Shown here piece by piece: positions 1-10,455 of a stretch of DNA of 64,000 bases. Position 1 is the stretch's first letter; each line of letters opens with the position of its first letter. The notes beneath the pieces are model-generated. The model was not told the origin of the DNA. It searched no databases and was given only the letters and a program-made list of their open reading frames with translations. Position numbers and translations under genes: made by a program. Source of the DNA: Candidatus Hadarchaeota archaeon. Its GTDB lineage: Archaea; Hadarchaeota; Hadarchaeia; Hadarchaeales; JAGGTB01. The stretch lies in the NCBI GenBank assembly GCA_964554215.1, contig CAZKND010000001.1, positions 9,158-73,157 of the forward strand. Direction: 5' to 3'.

Positions 1-6
1 TACCTA

Positions 7-1683
7 CTATGAATACGCGTTCAATATATATTCTCTAACCATTCTATGAGTGTTGAAATAAGAAGCATTAAACGCTATAGCATTTTTCATTACACGAGTC
101 CATCCCTTCCTATTAGTATAGAATTTAGGAAGTATCTCTTCTTCAAGACTTTTATAAATATCAGAGGAGTCCAATTCATCCATATCTTCTTCAGAATCTT
201 CATCCGCATTCGAACCAATCTTCCAACCTGTAACATCTTCCAAATGACCCTCTATCCACCATCCATCTAAAGTACTAAGCTGAGGAACTCCATTACACGC
301 CGCTTTCATTCCCGACGTTCCACAAGCCTCTCTACCTCTCTTAGGATTATTCAGCCAAAGGTCCACACCGGAAGTAAGCAAATCACCCCATCTCATATCG
401 TAATCTTCGATATATGTAATTTTTATATCCTCTTTCACATCTTTCATGTGATCATAAACACTCCTTATCATATCTTTACTGGCTCCAGCCTGAGGATGAG
501 CTTTTCCTGCAAAAATAATCTGAAAATCTCCAATATTTTGTGAGATATCTATAAGTTTTTCCTTATTATGGAAGATGAGATCCGCTCTTTTGTAAGGTGC
601 AGCTCTACGAGCAAACCCAATAGTGAAAACACGACTATTCATATCAACTTCTGAAACATTATTAACCTCTTCAATGAGCCTCTCCTTCTCTTTTAGATGA
701 CTATTCCAAATTTCTTCGCCAGGAATTCCTACACAATGCTTCAACTTATACGGATCTTTCCTCCAACCTGGAACATTCTCATCATACAACTCTTCAAAAC
801 TATCTGAAACCCAAGTAGGAATATGAATACCATTTGTAATTGAATCTATAGAATAATCAGAAAAAACGGACTTTGTAACATCTTCATGACGCTTCGATAC
901 AGCATTTATATAGCTACTCAGATTCATAGCGAGTAAAGTCATGTGCAAACTCTCTTCCTGACTAAGTTCTTTAAGCTCCGAAATCGGTAAATAATCATCT
1001 CTTATGACCTCTTCTACAATATCATAAGAAAACTCATCATGACCTGCTTTAACAGGCGTATGAGTAGTAAAAACACACTTTTCCCTAACCTTCTCACGAT
1101 CCCCCTCAAACCTATCAAGAAGTTCCAAAGTAAGTAGACTCGAATGACTTTCATTCATATGGTATTTCCCTATTTCATATCCCATTTCATCAAGAATCCG
1201 AGCTCCCCCAATACCCAAAACAATTTCCTGATATAATCTATATTTATAGTCACTGCTCTTATAAAGAGAATTAGTTATATCTCGATATTCCTCGTCATTT
1301 TCTTCAATATCCGTATCCAGAAAAATAACAGGTACAGAACTATCCTTATACCCTTGAACCTCTTTCTTCCAAGCCCCCACCTTAACCTCATCGCCATTTA
1401 TCTTCACAGAGGTCTTCACAGGTAACTTTTCCAAAAACTGATCGGGATCCCAAGGCTCCGGTCCATCAACCTGATTTCCTTCCTCATCCAACTCTTGTTT
1501 GCAATATCCCATCTTGTTAAGCTGTGTCACACCTACCGCAGGAATATTCGAATCTGCAAAAGTCTTAATGGTGTCACCGGCCAAAACACCCAATCCACCA
1601 CTATAGGTATTCATATCTGATTCTATTCCAATCTCCATAGTGAAATAAGCAACTCGTGCATCTTCTAATTCTGGTGAAAACAT
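7..1683 (-). CDS. alpha-glucan (glycogen/maltodextrin) phosphorylase, GT35 family; ORF runs to the window edge so the C-terminus may be cut off
   Basis: 558-aa ORF. Contains the PLP-lysine motif EACGTSGMKAACNG (compare the glycogen phosphorylase signature EASGTSNMK). N-terminus has the GGLGVLAGD glucan-phosphorylase motif. Confidence 0.85.
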   Translation of the reverse strand: MFSPELEDARVAYFTMEIGIESDMNTYSGGLGVLAGDTIKTFADSNIPAVGVTQLNKMGYCKQELDEEGNQVDGPEPWDPDQFLEKLPVKTSVKINGDEVKVGAWKKEVQGYKDSSVPVIFLDTDIEENDEEYRDITNSLYKSSDYKYRLYQEIVLGIGGARILDEMGYEIGKYHMNESHSSLLTLELLDRFEGDREKVREKCVFTTHTPVKAGHDEFSYDIVEEVIRDDYLPISELKELSQEESLHMTLLAMNLSSYINAVSKRHEDVTKSVFSDYSIDSITNGIHIPTWVSDSFEELYDENVPGWRKDPYKLKHCVGIPGEEIWNSHLKEKERLIEEVNNVSEVDMNSRVFTIGFARRAAPYKRADLIFHNKEKLIDISQNIGDFQIIFAGKAHPQAGASKDMIRSVYDHMKDVKEDIKITYIEDYDMRWGDLLTSGVDLWLNNPKRGREACGTSGMKAACNGVPQLSTLDGWWIEGHLEDVTGWKIGSNADEDSEEDMDELDSSDIYKSLEEEILPKFYTNRKGWTRVMKNAIAFNASYFNTHRMVREYILNAYS

Positions 1684-1818
1684 GGAACCTACCTTAGGCC
1701 TTCTAAAATTCTATATTCTTAAGGCTTTCCCAAAGAAATAATTTGAAAAATATTCCTAAACAAGACCCAAGACTGAAATAATTCAAAAAAAGCTAATGGA
1801 CCAATAAGAACAATTTGA

Positions 1819-3993
1819 TTAGCTCTCTCTATCTAATTGACCCTTAATTCTCTTAGCAGTGCCTTTCCCTATACTTTTTACATTACTCAATTCTTCCAAA
1901 CTAGCCTTTCTCAAATCTGACTTATCGTAACCGCTATCGTACAAACTCCTTGCTCTTACTCGACCTACGCCTTTGATATCTATCAAATCTAACAATTCTT
2001 TTTTTATTCCATATTTAACACGATCACGAAGCTTTTGGAGGGAACTCATAGCTTCTCTAACATTAAAAAGCTTAGCCAGCTCGTAACCTGCATATAACAA
2101 CCATTCAGCCGTGCTCACCTTCCTCCTGATATCTCCAGCGCCAACACCATATTTGTCATGGATGGTCTCCTCCGGCACCTCATTTATCCAGTCTATCAGC
2201 ATTTCAGCCGTTTTCACTTGGGTTAGGAAATATTCAAACTTTTCAGGATATCGCCACTCTTCCGGTGGTTCCAACAGTAATTTGTCTTCTTTCTGATAAT
2301 CTGAAACAATCGATTCTAGTTCTCTCTTATCCCCTTTCTTCAGATACAAAGTGTCCATATCCGGAGTAGCACAAATCATCTGCAAAAATCCTATATCGGA
2401 TGGATTTTTCGATTCAACATTCTCAATGCCTTCCCGTAACTTTACTCCAGATAGAGGATCTATATAAAGTTGGGAAACTCTCTCACCATACTTTGTAGCA
2501 CTCAACCACTTACCTTCAGAAGAAACCATATCTTCAGTTCCAAGAAAATCTAATACTTTTTCAATAGTCCCCTCAACCATGCTAGTTGAACTCTGATAAG
2601 CGAAAAAAGTCCCGTCAATGAAATCCATCATGGACTCAAAACTATTGACATATCCAGCCGCAATAGAACCTAAAACATGAGTTCTAATAGCTGGTTCGGA
2701 AGACAGCTTCGACTCTATTCTCTCAGGCTCAGCACTTACATATTTATCCAACAAGGCTTCTCTCTCCTCTTCTGAACTACCAACCATTATCGCTTCCCCA
2801 TAATCATCATATTCAGGACGTCCTGCCCGACCTGCCATCTGCTTATATTCCAAAACCGGAATTGGTTTCATCCCCTCCGGAGGAGAATATCTTTTATAAT
2901 CTCTAATTATTGACCTCTGAGAAGGTAAACTAACACCAGCCGCAAGCGTAGGTGTAGCACAAATCACCTTGACCAAATCTTTCCGAAAAGCTTCCTCCAC
3001 AGCACTTCTCTGATCATGATGTAAACCAGCATGATGAAAAGCGGCGCCATTCCTTACATACTCGGCAAGGTTCTCACAAGTTTCAGTTGATTCGCCTAAT
3101 GCATTTTCAATTGTTTCAGCATACTCCTCAAGTTTCTCCTTTTCCTCCGAATCCAATAACTTACCTACCTCTTTTGAAACTCTTCTAGCTTCTGCTTGAG
3201 TAGACCGCCTAGTATTGACGAAAACAAGAGACTGTCCATCTTCGTTCTTAATAGTGTCTACAACTAATTTAGAAACCTTGTTATTAGAAGAAACAGAAAT
3301 CTCTCTTTCCGAACGATCGCTAAAAACTATCCTATCGTTATGATAAACACCCTCCTTTAAGGGCACAGGACGCCATTCGCTTTTTAGATGCTTAGCATCT
3401 AACCAGTCCGCCATCGCACCAGAATTACTAATGGTAGCACTGAGGCCTAAAATCTGAATATCAGGATTTAACTGCCGCAGCCTTGCAGCCAAAATCTCTT
3501 GGGTGGGGCCTCTGCCTTGGTCATCTATCAAGTGGATTTCATCAAAAACTGCAACAGTACTAATGTCTGCTAACCATTTCGCTTCATTCCGCAATAAAGA
3601 ATCTACTTTCTCTGAAGTCGCTATCAAAATATCGTGCTTGGAAACGTTTGATCCATCTATCTCGTAATCCCCAGTAGCTATACCAACGTCGACACCTAAG
3701 GGTTCATATTTTTCCTTAAAATCCTCATATTTTTCACTAGCAAGAGCTCGTAATGGAACAATGTAGACACACATCCCCCCTTCTTCAAATATAGATTTCA
3801 ACATGGCTAGCTCGGAGACTAAAGTCTTCCCCGCAGCCGTAGGGATAGCCAGAACCAAATTTTCACCATCCAAAACACCCTCCTCTAAAGCTTCAACCTG
3901 TGGAGGATAAAGCTCATCGATTCCCTGATCCTTCAAAACTTCCAAAACATCTTCAGAAATATTGTACTTTTCTTGTAAATCTGAAAGTTTCAA
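1819..3993 (-). CDS. hel308: Hel308/Hjm-type Ski2-like DNA helicase
   Basis: 724 aa. Motif I AIPTAAGKT, motif II DEIH, motif III SAT. C-terminal winged-helix/HhH region typical of archaeal Hel308. Confidence 0.85.
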   Translation of the reverse strand: MKLSDLQEKYNISEDVLEVLKDQGIDELYPPQVEALEEGVLDGENLVLAIPTAAGKTLVSELAMLKSIFEEGGMCVYIVPLRALASEKYEDFKEKYEPLGVDVGIATGDYEIDGSNVSKHDILIATSEKVDSLLRNEAKWLADISTVAVFDEIHLIDDQGRGPTQEILAARLRQLNPDIQILGLSATISNSGAMADWLDAKHLKSEWRPVPLKEGVYHNDRIVFSDRSEREISVSSNNKVSKLVVDTIKNEDGQSLVFVNTRRSTQAEARRVSKEVGKLLDSEEKEKLEEYAETIENALGESTETCENLAEYVRNGAAFHHAGLHHDQRSAVEEAFRKDLVKVICATPTLAAGVSLPSQRSIIRDYKRYSPPEGMKPIPVLEYKQMAGRAGRPEYDDYGEAIMVGSSEEEREALLDKYVSAEPERIESKLSSEPAIRTHVLGSIAAGYVNSFESMMDFIDGTFFAYQSSTSMVEGTIEKVLDFLGTEDMVSSEGKWLSATKYGERVSQLYIDPLSGVKLREGIENVESKNPSDIGFLQMICATPDMDTLYLKKGDKRELESIVSDYQKEDKLLLEPPEEWRYPEKFEYFLTQVKTAEMLIDWINEVPEETIHDKYGVGAGDIRRKVSTAEWLLYAGYELAKLFNVREAMSSLQKLRDRVKYGIKKELLDLIDIKGVGRVRARSLYDSGYDKSDLRKASLEELSNVKSIGKGTAKRIKGQLDRES

Positions 3994-4045
3994 ACTAACA
4001 CCATCTCTAATGGTTAAAAATCAAACCCAATAAACATTCCCCGAA

Positions 4046-4858
4046 CTACAGCTCCTCCAATCCCAAAACCTCAACGTCTTCCTTACCTTCAACACCATTT
4101 TCCAAATCCACGATAGCTATATTCCTTTCATAAGCCCGATTATTGTCTACGTAAGCCTGAGACGTAAAAATAGTAAGAGCATAATCAGAGAAAGACCATC
4201 CCTGCATCTTAGGTTGATGAGCTCTAATCAACAAATTACAATTATGCTTTTGCAGATATTCCATAACCTTCTCTTTCCCGAACTGTGGCCTACCAGTAAG
4301 ACCATCAACCTGAGCCCCCGTAATCCTAGAGTTCAAATCACCCCAAGTAACAGACCTCCAAATAGGGATTTCCAAATCGTTTTCCTGATTAAAAGGATCA
4401 TCCAACCCCTCTAGACGTTCCAAATCAGATACGAAAGGGAGAGAACCGTGAGAAGCAATAAGTCCATCGGCTTTTACAACCCATGGCAAATGCATCAATT
4501 CTTTGTAATACTCATACTCTTCTTCTGAAAGATTGGGCCAAAAGTTAACGGGCCTCAGTTTTTTCTTATGGTACGCATCGTGGTTACCTAATAATAGTAT
4601 CAGGCCGGACGGGTTCTCCTTCTTCTTAGAGAGTAAAAAATCAATATTTTCTTTGGATTTTTTTCCACGATCAACATAATCACCTAAAAAAACGAGATAA
4701 GCATCTCCATTAACCACATCAGATCCATACTTTTTCCAAATTAATCGAGAGGCCTCTAAGTCCCCATGTGTATCTCCAACAAAAATAGCAGACGATCTCT
4801 CATCAAGTTCTACAAGTTTATCATTTTCAACTATTTTCGGAATGGAGACTGTTATCAA
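4046..4858 (-). CDS. PPP-family serine/threonine protein phosphatase (calcineurin-like metallophosphoesterase)
   Basis: GDTHGD ... GDYVDRG ... GNHD metal-binding motifs in the canonical PPP order. Confidence 0.7.
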   Translation of the reverse strand: MITVSIPKIVENDKLVELDERSSAIFVGDTHGDLEASRLIWKKYGSDVVNGDAYLVFLGDYVDRGKKSKENIDFLLSKKKENPSGLILLLGNHDAYHKKKLRPVNFWPNLSEEEYEYYKELMHLPWVVKADGLIASHGSLPFVSDLERLEGLDDPFNQENDLEIPIWRSVTWGDLNSRITGAQVDGLTGRPQFGKEKVMEYLQKHNCNLLIRAHQPKMQGWSFSDYALTIFTSQAYVDNNRAYERNIAIVDLENGVEGKEDVEVLGLEEL

Positions 4859-4879
4859 ATCACCCGAAAAAGATTAGGT

Positions 4880-6124
4880 TTACATCTCGTTACTCTTCAC
4901 TTCTAACCAAACATCCATCCAATCTTCGATATGACGTGTTATCAAAAACTTATTCTTAACTCTCTCTCTTCCTTTCTTACCCATCTCATCTTTCATTTGC
5001 TCATCAGACAATATATCCATCACTTTCTTAGCCACTTCCTCGTAATCATTCGGATTAACTAAATAACCATTTTCTCCGTCCACAATCTGAGTAGGAATTC
5101 CACCAATATTGGATCCAACAACAGGAGTTTCCTTCCACAAAGCCTCAGAAACCGTTAAAGCAAATCCTTCCTTCAACGACTTTTGAAGAACAACATCAGC
5201 CGCCCTTTGGATAGAATTAACCATTATATCCGGAGCATCTACAATAAGGTGAATATCATCGTCTCCATTTACCTTCTTATGAATCCGGTCATAGACCTCC
5301 TGCCCTTCAGGATCATCAGTCGCCATTGACCCACATAGAACTAATTGACAATCAATTTCCTCATTCACTCTCCTATAAACATCTATTACACCAGAAGGGT
5401 CTTTCCACTTGTCAAATCTTGATATCTGAGCAATAATCGGCTTATCCCGATTAACACCGGCATCCTCAAGGTACTTATCCATAGTTGACTGACCTATATC
5501 CGTATTTTTGGTCGTCAAAGGATCTATAGACGGCCTTATAATTTTATGACCATTAGAGAAACCCTTAGCTGCAAAATCCTGCATTTGGAAAACATACTTG
5601 TCGTAAGCCAGAGCAAAGGATTTCAAATAGTCCCATACCTCTTCATAAGGATCTGATAAGTCGATATGGCAACGCCAAATCCATGGCTTACGCTTAGGAT
5701 AACAATTTATTAAAGGCAAAGGTTGAGGATCATGAACCACAACGATATCATGATCCAGATGGGTGAAAGAAGCAAAATCTTTACTAGTTTGCTCAAAAAC
5801 ATCCTTCTTCATTTCTGTAAGATTAATTTCATCCCCTTGCAAAGCGTTATGAAACTTCTTAGTTATCTTGAAAAAGTCAGGATTCCCGATCATAGCCCTC
5901 CAGCCAACGTCTATACCTATTTCGTTCATTAACAAAGTCATATTACGCATAATTTCAGCCACACCGCCACCATAATATGTAGAATTTATGTTTACAATAT
6001 GCGTATCAGATAAGTGAGTTGCTTTTCTATAAAGTTCAGAAACTTTCGCATCCCCTACGAACTTCCTATAATCCATCAATCTCTTCATCATTTTAACCTC
6101 AAATTCGTTCTCACTCTTTTCCAA
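4880..6124 (-). CDS. treT: GT4 glycosyltransferase, most likely trehalose glycosyltransferring synthase (TreT)
   Basis: 414 aa. Motifs KFHNALQG, VHDPQP, PWIWRCHIDLS and C-terminal GGIPTQIVDGENGYLV match what I remember of Thermococcales TreT. The family call is firm; the TreT assignment is less certain. Confidence 0.55.
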   Translation of the reverse strand: MEKSENEFEVKMMKRLMDYRKFVGDAKVSELYRKATHLSDTHIVNINSTYYGGGVAEIMRNMTLLMNEIGIDVGWRAMIGNPDFFKITKKFHNALQGDEINLTEMKKDVFEQTSKDFASFTHLDHDIVVVHDPQPLPLINCYPKRKPWIWRCHIDLSDPYEEVWDYLKSFALAYDKYVFQMQDFAAKGFSNGHKIIRPSIDPLTTKNTDIGQSTMDKYLEDAGVNRDKPIIAQISRFDKWKDPSGVIDVYRRVNEEIDCQLVLCGSMATDDPEGQEVYDRIHKKVNGDDDIHLIVDAPDIMVNSIQRAADVVLQKSLKEGFALTVSEALWKETPVVGSNIGGIPTQIVDGENGYLVNPNDYEEVAKKVMDILSDEQMKDEMGKKGRERVKNKFLITRHIEDWMDVWLEVKSNEM

Positions 6125-6300
6125 AGACCTAATAACATAATTTGCTTAAAAAGTTTCCTTTTAATCACGCTAAAAATCGTAAAAATTTACCAAGAAAAAA
6201 TGAATTCCAAATACTTACATGCAAAAAGATTAGTTCAAATAATTTGTCTGCCCCGGCAAATTTGAAAATCGTATTAAACAATCATCGAGAAAATGAAAAC

Positions 6301-7896
6301 ATGTCAACGGAAAATAAGAGAGCTCAAAAAGAGATTATAGAAAGAATAGTAAAGGGCGAGATCTCAGACAAAAAAAATCTAGAAAAGAAAAAAAGAGAAA
6401 TAAGCAAAAAATTCGGACTTTCCGGAGTACCAAGCAACGCCGAAATATTGAAAACCGCAGGGAAAGAGAAAAGAGACGAACTAATTCCTTTACTAAGAAA
6501 AAAACCAGTCCGTTCTATTTCTGGAGTTACTGTCATAACAGTTATGCCGGAACCAAAAGGATGCCCGAAGGACGATCCATGTATTTACTGCCCCGGAGGT
6601 CCTGAAGAGGACACCCCTCAGAGCTATACCGGTAAAGAACCTGCTTCTGCCAGAGCAAAACAGGCCTCTTACGATCCAGTAAAACAGATAAATCGTAGAA
6701 AAAAACAGCTCAAAGCAATCGGGCATGTAGTAGACAAAGTGGAGCTAATTATATTTGGAGGAACATTCTTATCTCAACCAATCAATTATCAGAAAGAATT
6801 CGTCCGCAATTGTATAGATACTATTTCTGAAAATGATTCTTCAGACCTAAAAACTGCAAAAAAAAGAGCCGAAACTTCCGATACCAGAGTAATAGGAATA
6901 ACTTTCGAAACCAGACCGGATTATTGCCGAAAAGAACAAATAGATAATATTCTGAATTTTGGAGGTACCAGAGTAGAAATAGGAGTACAAACTTTAGATA
7001 ACGAAATTTATCGGAAGACGAATCGTGAACATACATTACAAGATGTGATTAATTCTACTCAAGAAGCTAAAGATGCCGGGCTAGCCGTAGTCCACCATAT
7101 CATGCCTGGTCTACCGGGTTCAACTCCAGAGAAGGACTTGGAAAACTTTGAGAAGCTTTTTGACAATCCGAAATTCAGACCCGACATGTTGAAAATTTAT
7201 CCGTGCTTAGTGATTGAAGACACTGAACTCCACGAGATGTGGAAAAAAGATAATTATCAACCTCTCACAGAAGAAGAAGCTTACGATCTAATCGCAGACA
7301 TGAAAGAGAAAACCCCTGAGTGGGTTAGGATCCAACGTATACAAAGAGACATACCTTCCGGAGAAATCGAAGCTGGCGTTCAGAAAGGAAATTTACGAGC
7401 TATTGTTCAAAGGAAAATGAAGAGGGAAGGAAGAAAATGCAACTGTATAAGATGTCGAGAAGTAGGTCATAAAACAAAAAATGAAAATATTAATCCAAAA
7501 GTAGAAAATGGAGAAATATTAGTCAGAGAATACGAAGCTTCAAAGGGAAATGAAATATTTATCTCCTACGAGGATACAAAAAAGGACATTATTTTCGGCC
7601 ATCTTAGAGTGAGAATACCCTCAGAAAACGCACATAGAAAAGAAATCAATAACAAAACCGGCCTAGTCCGTTTGCTTCACGTTTTTGGAAAGCTAGTATC
7701 CGTAGGAAATGAAAACAAATCAAACAGTTGGCAACACTCGGGAATAGGAAAAAAGATGTTGAAAAGAGGAGAGAAAATAGCCCAAGAAGAATATGATGTT
7801 AACAAGATGTCTATCCTGGCCGGAATCGGAGCAAGAGAATATTATAGAAAACTAGATTACGAACTAGAAAGTCCCTACATGGTTAAAAATATTTAA
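6301..7896 (+). CDS. elp3: Elp3-type tRNA uridine(34) acetyltransferase (radical SAM plus GNAT)
   Basis: Radical-SAM cysteine cluster (CPKDDPCIYCPGG). Central region RPDMLKIYPCLVIEDTELHEMWKKDNYQPL. C-terminal GNAT motif QHSGIGKKMLKRGE. I moved the start to the ATG at 6301 (MSTENKRAQ); the track ORF begins at 6142. Confidence 0.85.
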   Translation: MSTENKRAQKEIIERIVKGEISDKKNLEKKKREISKKFGLSGVPSNAEILKTAGKEKRDELIPLLRKKPVRSISGVTVITVMPEPKGCPKDDPCIYCPGGPEEDTPQSYTGKEPASARAKQASYDPVKQINRRKKQLKAIGHVVDKVELIIFGGTFLSQPINYQKEFVRNCIDTISENDSSDLKTAKKRAETSDTRVIGITFETRPDYCRKEQIDNILNFGGTRVEIGVQTLDNEIYRKTNREHTLQDVINSTQEAKDAGLAVVHHIMPGLPGSTPEKDLENFEKLFDNPKFRPDMLKIYPCLVIEDTELHEMWKKDNYQPLTEEEAYDLIADMKEKTPEWVRIQRIQRDIPSGEIEAGVQKGNLRAIVQRKMKREGRKCNCIRCREVGHKTKNENINPKVENGEILVREYEASKGNEIFISYEDTKKDIIFGHLRVRIPSENAHRKEINNKTGLVRLLHVFGKLVSVGNENKSNSWQHSGIGKKMLKRGEKIAQEEYDVNKMSILAGIGAREYYRKLDYELESPYMVKNI

Positions 7897-8378
7897 GATT
7901 CTATATCTTCTTTCAAGATATTAATAAAGGGTTCTTCCATTTTGTCCTTAACTTTACTATGAACTATGAAGGTTTCAGTTTCCTTAATTCCATCTAAATC
8001 GTGAATCTTCTTAACAAAATCAGTTAATTCATCTCTACTTTCAGTCCACACTTCTAATAAGCCACTATATCGACCGAAAAGACGGAAAAAATTAGATACT
8101 TGTGGATAATTATTTATCTCTTCTTCATCTTTTTCTCTAATCTCAATCTCGGGATCTTCTTGAAGAAAGACAAAAGCCCTGACTGATAAACCTATTCTTT
8201 CAGGATCTAGGACATTTATTGAGTCGTCTATCAAATTGTCCTCTTTAAAATTCTTTATTTTTTTAGAAACAGTCTGTCTCGTGGCGCCTACTTCTTCAGC
8301 TATGTCCACAACCGGTCTATCCGCATCTTTCAAAAGTTGAAGAAGTATCTTCTTATCTAACTCTTTCATGAATCTCAC
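7893..8378 (-). CDS. Lrp/AsnC family transcriptional regulator
   Basis: N-terminal HTH (VDIAEEVGATRQTVSKKIKNF) plus a C-terminal RAM domain. 161 aa. Confidence 0.8.
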   Translation of the reverse strand: MRFMKELDKKILLQLLKDADRPVVDIAEEVGATRQTVSKKIKNFKEDNLIDDSINVLDPERIGLSVRAFVFLQEDPEIEIREKDEEEINNYPQVSNFFRLFGRYSGLLEVWTESRDELTDFVKKIHDLDGIKETETFIVHSKVKDKMEEPFINILKEDIES

Positions 8379-8426
8379 TTAACATAATGTTAATAGTAAA
8401 GTTTAAAAACTTTACTAAAAAGTGAA

Positions 8427-10376
8427 ATGAGGAAACTATTAGGTGACGGAGTTAAAATGGTCGAAAACGAAATAAAAATGAGAGATTTTCTACCAGAAGT
8501 TGAGGACAAGGAAAAGACTCTGAAAGAAAAATGCGGCGAAGAAGGATACGAAAAGATAGCAGCGCTTGATAACCCAAAAGTAACTGACTTTTTAGCCAGA
8601 TATCTTAATCATTGCAATCCAAAATCAGCTTTCGTAAGAGGAGCTAGTGAAGAAGACGAAAACTACATCAAAGAAAGATCTATAGAAAAGGGGGAAGAAA
8701 AAGAGTTGAAGGTCAGAGGGCATACAGTTCACTACGATGGTATAGAAGACCAAGCTCGAGATAAAGAAAAAACAAAATTTTTGCTAAACCCTGAAGAAGA
8801 CTTGGGACCACAATTTAACTCTATGGATAAAGAGAAAGGGCTGAAAGAAGTCCAAGAATATTTAGAAAATATTATGGAAGGAAAAGAAGCCTATATCATC
8901 TTCTTATGCCTCGGGCCAAAAAATTCCAAATTTTCTGTTCCCGCACTTCAAATAACTGATTCAACTTACGTAAGTCATTCAGAAGATATACTCTACAGAA
9001 ATGGTTACGACCTTTTCAAGAATGAGGACTTTGAGAGTGAAAATGATTTCTTTAAATTTGTCCATTCCGCTGGGAAACTAGAAGATGGGATATCCAAAAA
9101 CATTGACGAAAGAAGAGTTTACACCGATTTAAACTCCAACATAGTTTTCTCTACAAATACCCAATACGGAGGAAACACCCTAGGTGCAAAAAAACTGGCA
9201 ATGAGACTGGCAATAAAAGAAGCCTCAGAAGAAGGTTGGCTCACAGAACACATGTTTATAATGGGTGTAGATGGACCTGGTGATAGAAAATCATATTTCA
9301 CTGGTGCTTTCCCATCAGGTTGTGGAAAAACTTCCACAGCAATGATAGAAAGGGAGAGCTTAGTAGGAGATGACATCGCATATCTAAGAAATATCGACGG
9401 AGAGATAAGGGCAGCAAACCCCGAAAACGGAATATTTGGGATAATCCGTGATGTGAACCCACAAGATGACCCATTGATATGGAAAGCGATAACCACTCCC
9501 GGCGAAGTAATATTCTCAAACGTTCTCGTACATGAGGGTTATTCCTACTGGATGGGGATGGGAAGAGTACTGCCAGACGAAGGAATTAATTACTCAGGAG
9601 AATGGTGGGAAGGAAAAACCGACGAAGAAGGAAATGAACTAACACCTTCTCATCGAAATGCTAGATACACTTTAAGAATATCAGATCTGGAAAATGAAGA
9701 TTCGAAACTAGAAGACCCTGAAGGAGCAAAAATAGAAGGGATAATTTATGGTGGTAGAGATTCTGACACATGTGTACCGGTTGAAGAATCCTATAATTGG
9801 AATCACGGAATATTAACAAAAGGAGCTACTCTAGAGTCCGAAACTACCGCTGCCACGCTTGGAAAATCGGGTGAGAGAAGGTTCAACCCAATGTCAAACT
9901 TAGACTTTCTATCGATACCAATCGGTCAATATATCAAAAATCAACTAGATTTTGGCAAAAAAGCAGAGAATACACCTTCAATATTCTCAGTAAACTACTT
10001 CCTCAGAAACGAAGAAGGAGAATACCTGAACGACATGCATGACAAAGGAGTATGGTTGAAGTGGATGGAATTAAGAGCAAATGGAGATGTCGACGCAATA
10101 GAAACACCTACCGGTTATATTCCAAAGTATGAAGATCTGAAGAGATTATTTGAAGAAGTACTCGACAAAGAGTACTCCAAAGAGGAATACAAAGAACAAT
10201 TCAAAATAAGAATACCCAAACATCTTAACAAAATCGAAAGGATGAAAAATATCTACGAAGAGGACATTCAAAACACACCAGAGAAACTCTTCGAAGAACT
10301 TGAAGCCCAAAGAAAGAGATTGAAAGAAACACAAGAAGAATACGGAGATTATGTTTCTCCTTTTGAACTAGAATAA
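8427..10376 (+). CDS. pckG: phosphoenolpyruvate carboxykinase (GTP)
   Basis: Kinase-1a motif FPSGCGKTSTAM (compare FPSACGKTNLAM of GTP-PEPCK). Length 649 aa. Confidence 0.85.
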   Translation: MRKLLGDGVKMVENEIKMRDFLPEVEDKEKTLKEKCGEEGYEKIAALDNPKVTDFLARYLNHCNPKSAFVRGASEEDENYIKERSIEKGEEKELKVRGHTVHYDGIEDQARDKEKTKFLLNPEEDLGPQFNSMDKEKGLKEVQEYLENIMEGKEAYIIFLCLGPKNSKFSVPALQITDSTYVSHSEDILYRNGYDLFKNEDFESENDFFKFVHSAGKLEDGISKNIDERRVYTDLNSNIVFSTNTQYGGNTLGAKKLAMRLAIKEASEEGWLTEHMFIMGVDGPGDRKSYFTGAFPSGCGKTSTAMIERESLVGDDIAYLRNIDGEIRAANPENGIFGIIRDVNPQDDPLIWKAITTPGEVIFSNVLVHEGYSYWMGMGRVLPDEGINYSGEWWEGKTDEEGNELTPSHRNARYTLRISDLENEDSKLEDPEGAKIEGIIYGGRDSDTCVPVEESYNWNHGILTKGATLESETTAATLGKSGERRFNPMSNLDFLSIPIGQYIKNQLDFGKKAENTPSIFSVNYFLRNEEGEYLNDMHDKGVWLKWMELRANGDVDAIETPTGYIPKYEDLKRLFEEVLDKEYSKEEYKEQFKIRIPKHLNKIERMKNIYEEDIQNTPEKLFEELEAQRKRLKETQEEYGDYVSPFELE

Positions 10377-10455
10377 AATCCTAAACTTTTCAGTTTACCT
10401 TACCAAAATATGAAATTTTAAACCAGATTAGTGCTATTTCCATTGTGGTAATAAA

